From the NCBI GenBank assembly GCA_001599295.1, contig BCGN01000002.1, positions 1,674,001 to 1,738,000 on the forward strand: a stretch of 64,000 nt of DNA, in the 5' to 3' direction. This stretch comes from Sporopachydermia quercuum (Eukaryota). A program made the position numbers and the translations under genes. The notes under the pieces are model-generated. The model was not told the DNA's origin and searched no databases. It saw only the letters and a program-made list of their open reading frames with translations. Shown here in pieces: positions 59,334-64,000 of the stretch; the first letter of the stretch is position 1, and every line of letters starts with the position of its first letter.

Positions 59334-59561
59334 TTTGTCATTCTATATACTTGCATACCAGTAGATATAATCTTCAAAATATATATGTTCATATGACTCT
59401 TTGCAAAAGAAGAAAAGTAAGTGATTAGTTAATGAAGTTAAATGCAAGAGCAATAGATAAGATAAGATCCATCTTCAGGAACATTCGCTAGATTGAACTA
59501 AATGACTTCATAGCCATTTTATCAAGAGCGCTATATAAATTACAAGTAGATAAAATATCTC

Positions 59562-59633
59562 AGCGATGTGGCGCAGTGGAAGCGCGCAGGGCTCATAACC
59601 CTGATGTCCGTAGATCGAAACTACGCATCGCTA
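59562..59633 (+). tRNA. Initiator tRNA-Met (CAT)
   Basis: A1:U72 pair, GGG/CCC anticodon-stem pairs, GATCGAAA T-loop and T-run terminator. Confidence 0.97.
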
Positions 59634-60482
59634 TGTTTTTTCTTTTTAGTTATGCTAATCTTTTTATTTGCTATTCTTCCACGGACGAATAGATAAGAAT
59701 CAAGCATTTTTAAGACTGCAGGTTAATGATGAAATGTTGCTGTTAGTTCTTTTTGATGATGTTTAAGAAGAAAAAAAGTAGATTACATTCCATAAATGAA
59801 TGGTGATTCAACTGTTGGAAGAGTAAAACGGAAAAAAGAGGGCGAACGGTAGATACAGCCATGCACTATTTTGAATTTAATATAATTTATTATACTAGCA
59901 GTAGAAGAGTTATTACTATTATTCAAATTGGTTGATTATAAAATCTTTTGTTAGCGTTATAACCGTAATTGATTGGAAGCGGTTTATCTACCGCTCTCAT
60001 CGGAACTGTATTATTTTTCTGATGATTCATTTCTACTGACCGATCTGGATTTAAGGTTTCAAGACTTAAACCTATTATTACAAACCTAAATTATTATATT
60101 TCTGGGGCTATTTACAGCAACAAGACAAGATTTCTTTATCGAACGATTCTATAGCTTTGAGATAATATATTTTATTTATAGATATTGCTAATATAGAGTA
60201 ACCTATTGTGCATGTTAATAGCTTCTGTTTATACAGACTAGTTGTTGCGTTCATCACTTTAATGGATTCAGCTCTCTACTAGTTAAGTTTTCCATATCTT
60301 GACACTGCTTCCTAGTAAGAACTGATAACCTTTCTCAATTGACAGTTTAAATTAATAAATCTAGAGCTAATAAATCTAGTAAGACCAAAGGCTCGCTATG
60401 GCATTTCCACGTATAAGGATCAGTACTTAATATGTATTTTATTTTGTTTAACTAAAAGCTGCGATTACATAGACTAACGAAT

Positions 60483-61367
60483 TTAGAGTTTAGCCCACTT
60501 GAAGTTCTTTTCACCAGGGTTGACAAATTCACGTTCATTTTCAGAAACAAAACTGTTGGACTTGGGGTAAACAAGAGAGACAACCTTCAGAATAGTGAAG
60601 AAGTCAGTGGCTGGGTTGAAGTTGGCAAGAGTTTCCTTTCCAATTTTTTCAACTTCTTCTTTAGGAACATAAGAAACATCGATCTTTACTCCCTTGCGTT
60701 CTTCGTACCTCTTGACAACTTCATTCGGTGTGAAATGATCGGAGAAGATTCTGATTCTATCGGGTAATTCAGATGGTTCCTTGTAAGCAATTGAAGCAAC
60801 GGATTCGGCGATATTTGCTAAAGTACTAGTGGCAATCTTTTCGTCACCAGTGCCGTAAACGGTTGCCTTGTTATTCTTCGTATCAATACCATATAAAACA
60901 CGACTATCGTAACTATCTGAATGGAATGAGAAAAATCCATTGTTGACTTGCACTGTCTTTAAGCCTAACTCTCTAGCTAGGTTAGCAGCATCAGTCTTGA
61001 TTTGTAAAACGGAAGCATATTCATGTGCTTCTTGAATGTTGATACCGAATTCAGATGGGAAGAAAACCTTCACACCTGCCTTAGCGGCACCTTTGATGTA
61101 GAATGCTTGATCAGCAACAGGACTTAAGAGATTAATGAAGACATCAACTCCTTCAAAAGCAGCAGCAAGATCTTCATCTTTGGTCTCCGAAGTAGGATCA
61201 ACCTTGTAGTATTTAACTGAATCGCTTGAAGTTTTGCCTTCTAAGCTACGAGTCAATGCTCTGATAGGTTGTGTATAGTGTGATTTGAATGTAGCTGATG
61301 TGAAAGCTTCGATGAACGGAGCACCAAGGAATCCGTTGGTGCCAGCAATTGCAACTGTCTTGGTCAT
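60483..61367 (-). CDS. NmrA/isoflavone-reductase-like oxidoreductase (CIP1-like), copy 1
   Basis: VAIAGTNGFLG, GVDVFI, GVKVFFPSEFG motifs and C-terminal EREFVNPGE..FKW. Confidence 0.88.
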   Translation of the reverse strand: MTKTVAIAGTNGFLGAPFIEAFTSATFKSHYTQPIRALTRSLEGKTSSDSVKYYKVDPTSETKDEDLAAAFEGVDVFINLLSPVADQAFYIKGAAKAGVKVFFPSEFGINIQEAHEYASVLQIKTDAANLARELGLKTVQVNNGFFSFHSDSYDSRVLYGIDTKNNKATVYGTGDEKIATSTLANIAESVASIAYKEPSELPDRIRIFSDHFTPNEVVKRYEERKGVKIDVSYVPKEEVEKIGKETLANFNPATDFFTILKVVSLVYPKSNSFVSENEREFVNPGEKNFKWAKL

Positions 61368-61617
61368 TCTGAAATATTTATCTAGTTATCTGAAAGTTTT
61401 CGCTAAGTGTCAATTGACTTGAGTATTGTGTAAATCGATAGGTAAGAGATCGTTATTTATTCTTCTTTATCTTCAAGTGTTAATGATAGCCTTTTGGTGA
61501 TAATTATCATTAATCAAAAGAAATTAATCACTTCAAAGCNAACTCAGATATCAGCTTCTGATCTCCTTTATATATTCTTTCTTCGTTTCTTTATCAATTT
61601 ACATTTTCAATTACTCC

Positions 61618-61783
61618 TTAGTAATAATTTGTCATAATTTTTTTCAAGCACGTCAAACTAATCCTTATGTTGACAAAATTAACTTTATATTTACTATTAA
61701 AATTGATGCTAAAGATCATTTTTCAGATCGAAACCCAAAAATGTCACACGTATAACTTTATGGGATTTAGTAAATCTGAGTAA
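61618..61783. promoter_or_regulatory. Yap1/Cap1-type AP-1 response elements
   Basis: TTAGTAA at 61618 and 61767, TGAGTAA at 61777, upstream of copy 1. Confidence 0.45.
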
Positions 61784-62301
61784 TGAAGGTTTTTCTCCAT
61801 TAACTTTAAATCTTACTTGATTCCTCTGCTACTAATCTCAAATGAGAGCAAATCCATCAAATATGATGTGAAAGTTNCTAAGGATGTTGAATTACTTTTG
61901 TTGGTTCAATATAGTAAGGGAAAGATTGCATTTGATCTCGCTAATAATACGAGGGAAATTTGAGAATTTTTGAAAGTGGTGGTGCTACAGAATGTCTAAA
62001 TGAGGTTATCATTTCTAAAGAAGAGTAACACTTTTAATTAAGATGAATAGATTAATCGGTAAGGGGTAATAATATGCTCGATAAACGGAATGGGTGGTTA
62101 TTCTTGAGATTAGTTATTATGATAAATTTCATGAATAGGTTGAAATATTCTACAAACGGTCTACACACAATGAGCGCGATTAGTTATTTTACCAGATATT
62201 TCACCAGCATAAAGCATGATATTGTGAATTGATCCTGCAAACCAACTATAGAATTAAAGGGTCAGAGGTAAATGATGTTCTCAACTCTTAGATGTTCATA
62301 A

Positions 62302-63234
62302 TCAAAATTCAACTGACCAAGTCCAAAGAGATTGAGATGGATTGACCCATTCCCTTTCATTACCATCAGGACTTTGGAAGTTCATTCCATAACCTTTGGC
62401 GATAATCAACGAAATTGGGAAGTATATGTCTTCATAGGTATAATTACCTTTCTTTTCTTTAAGCATAACTTTTGCTTGCGTAGCTGCCTCATCGAAATCC
62501 TGAAGGTTTCTTTTCAGCTTAATGCCGTTGGATTTTTCGTATCTTTCAACAACATCGTTGATAGTTACTAACTTACTCCAGAATCTTACAACATTTGGAA
62601 TTTCATTGAGTGGGTGGCTGACAACGGAAGCAACAGCTTTGCCAATATCTTCCTGAGATGTAATAGCAACCAATTGATTGCCACCAGTACTTCCATCATC
62701 ATCAGGTCCGGATGTATAGATAGTAGATGTGCCTTCAGCAGTATTGACACCAAACATACTTGGATCTTTATAAACGAAATCATCATGAGCGATGACACCA
62801 TTGGCAATTCTGATCACTTGAAGTCCTAATTTTTCCGTTTCACCTCTTTGATATTCTTTAATATCATAGAAGGAGTAAAGCTCCTTATCAGAGATACGAT
62901 CTTCATCAGCAGCATATTCCGATGTCACGAATCCTTTCACGCCTGCTCTAGCAGCAGCTTCGGCCAGCTTTAAATGATCAACTGTGTCTCCTGTACAGTC
63001 AATCAAAACATCAGCACCTTTGAACGCTTTCACAAGAGCTTCTTCATCTTGATCATTTGCTGCAAAATAGTGAACTGAATCATTGCTTTTCAAACCAGTA
63101 ATATCACGTTTTATAGCATGAATTGGCAAAGTGAAGTTGTCCTTAAATGTGTCAGAAATCAAAGCCTCAAGGGCATAGTTTCCTATATATCCAGAAAGTC
63201 CAATGATGGCAATTGTAGGCTTATAAGCTGACAT
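62302..63234 (-). CDS. NmrA/isoflavone-reductase-like oxidoreductase (CIP1-like), copy 2
   Basis: IAIIGLSGYIG, GADVLI, GVKGFVTSEY motifs and C-terminal EREWVNPSQSLWTW. Confidence 0.85.
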   Translation of the reverse strand: MSAYKPTIAIIGLSGYIGNYALEALISDTFKDNFTLPIHAIKRDITGLKSNDSVHYFAANDQDEEALVKAFKGADVLIDCTGDTVDHLKLAEAAARAGVKGFVTSEYAADEDRISDKELYSFYDIKEYQRGETEKLGLQVIRIANGVIAHDDFVYKDPSMFGVNTAEGTSTIYTSGPDDDGSTGGNQLVAITSQEDIGKAVASVVSHPLNEIPNVVRFWSKLVTINDVVERYEKSNGIKLKRNLQDFDEAATQAKVMLKEKKGNYTYEDIYFPISLIIAKGYGMNFQSPDGNEREWVNPSQSLWTWSVEF

Positions 63235-64000
63235 TCTTATATACTATGTGGTTTTTCAGTTTAATATGTTTGATATAATGGGGTCTGTTTAGGTTTTCTT
63301 GAAAATGGCGATTGCGGAATACTTTCTCTTCTCCAGAATCCAATGTATAAATTTTCAACTTCAATTAAACTGAGAATATGGCTTTGAATAAGCATTATTA
63401 ATCGTTTTGAGATTCTGTTGTCATAAAAGATACATTTATTGTTCTCCTAGAGCCTTCATACTTAATAAATAGTGTATCGCCACGATATTCTATTCTGAGT
63501 ATTTTCACAGGTTTAGTATTATCAATGGGTGCTATGATATCAATTCATACGAACAGCTCTCATCGGATTGAGGTTGATAACAGTATTATCGGTATACTTT
63601 TTCCATTTATGACAATCGCTGATTAATTGCAGTTTGTGCATTAAACTCTAATTGGGCAAACAAATGAAATACCTTTGTTGTCTGACAATTGACAATAAAT
63701 AAATCAAGATCTACGGGATTAAAATATTAATAAAAGAATTATTGTCTGAAACATATAATATGATAATGATAGTTGTGAGTGCAACCCATAGCTGTTTTTT
63801 ATTCCTTCAGAGTTTTTTTTAAGCGTATGTTAAAGAATGCTTAGAGTAGGCGACGAGTAAAATAGAGTACATCAAAGTAGTTACTCTATTTTCATTGTGT
63901 TACAAGGTCGAATTCTAGAATCATGACAAGAGGACAGCTTAATGGGATTGAATATTTTGAGAACATTTTTACGCCTTTGTATGGACGTTTGGTATATTCA

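Noticed and set aside
1..64000. Many 60-130 aa ORFs overlapping or antisense to real genes; CRISPR, prophage, transposase or alternative genetic code
   Set aside because: The short ORFs are shadow frames, often with TTG/GTG starts. No repeat-spacer array or gag/pol/transposase motifs were seen, and CTG maps to conserved Leu.

Overview
This is a eukaryotic window from an AT-rich, intron-rich budding yeast (Saccharomycotina). CTG sits at conserved Leu positions, so it appears to use the standard genetic code. It holds about 25 protein-coding genes, many split by short spliceosomal introns that the ORF track misses: RPL41, intein-free VMA1, PP2A catalytic subunit, CSN1-like, OHCU decarboxylase, RDI1, MSO1, LYS9, betaine-lipid synthase BTA1, a YCR061W/Ytp1-type membrane protein, ZDS, SCS7, PML39-like, HCM1-like forkhead, ATG20/SNX41, TRM3, TIP20, TMA17/ADC17, RRP42, a ROG1-family lipase and two tandem NmrA/CIP1-like oxidoreductases. 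There are also tRNA-Glu(TTC), initiator tRNA-Met and a 540-N assembly gap. No CRISPR array, recognisable transposon or clearly novel multi-gene system was found. The most interesting signals are: strong micro-synteny with S. cerevisiae gene blocks, including a local inversion and positional hints for two orphan genes; hidden spliced genes and small-ORF candidates; an RPL41 intron whose retention still gives a nearly complete protein; an in-frame stop-free TIP20 intron; a PP2A active-site-adjacent P-to-L change; stress-regulon motifs before BTA1 and the CIP1-like gene; and a roughly 10-fold fall in masked single-N sites after about 42 kb. Gene identities come from recognising sequences by eye, not from database searches.
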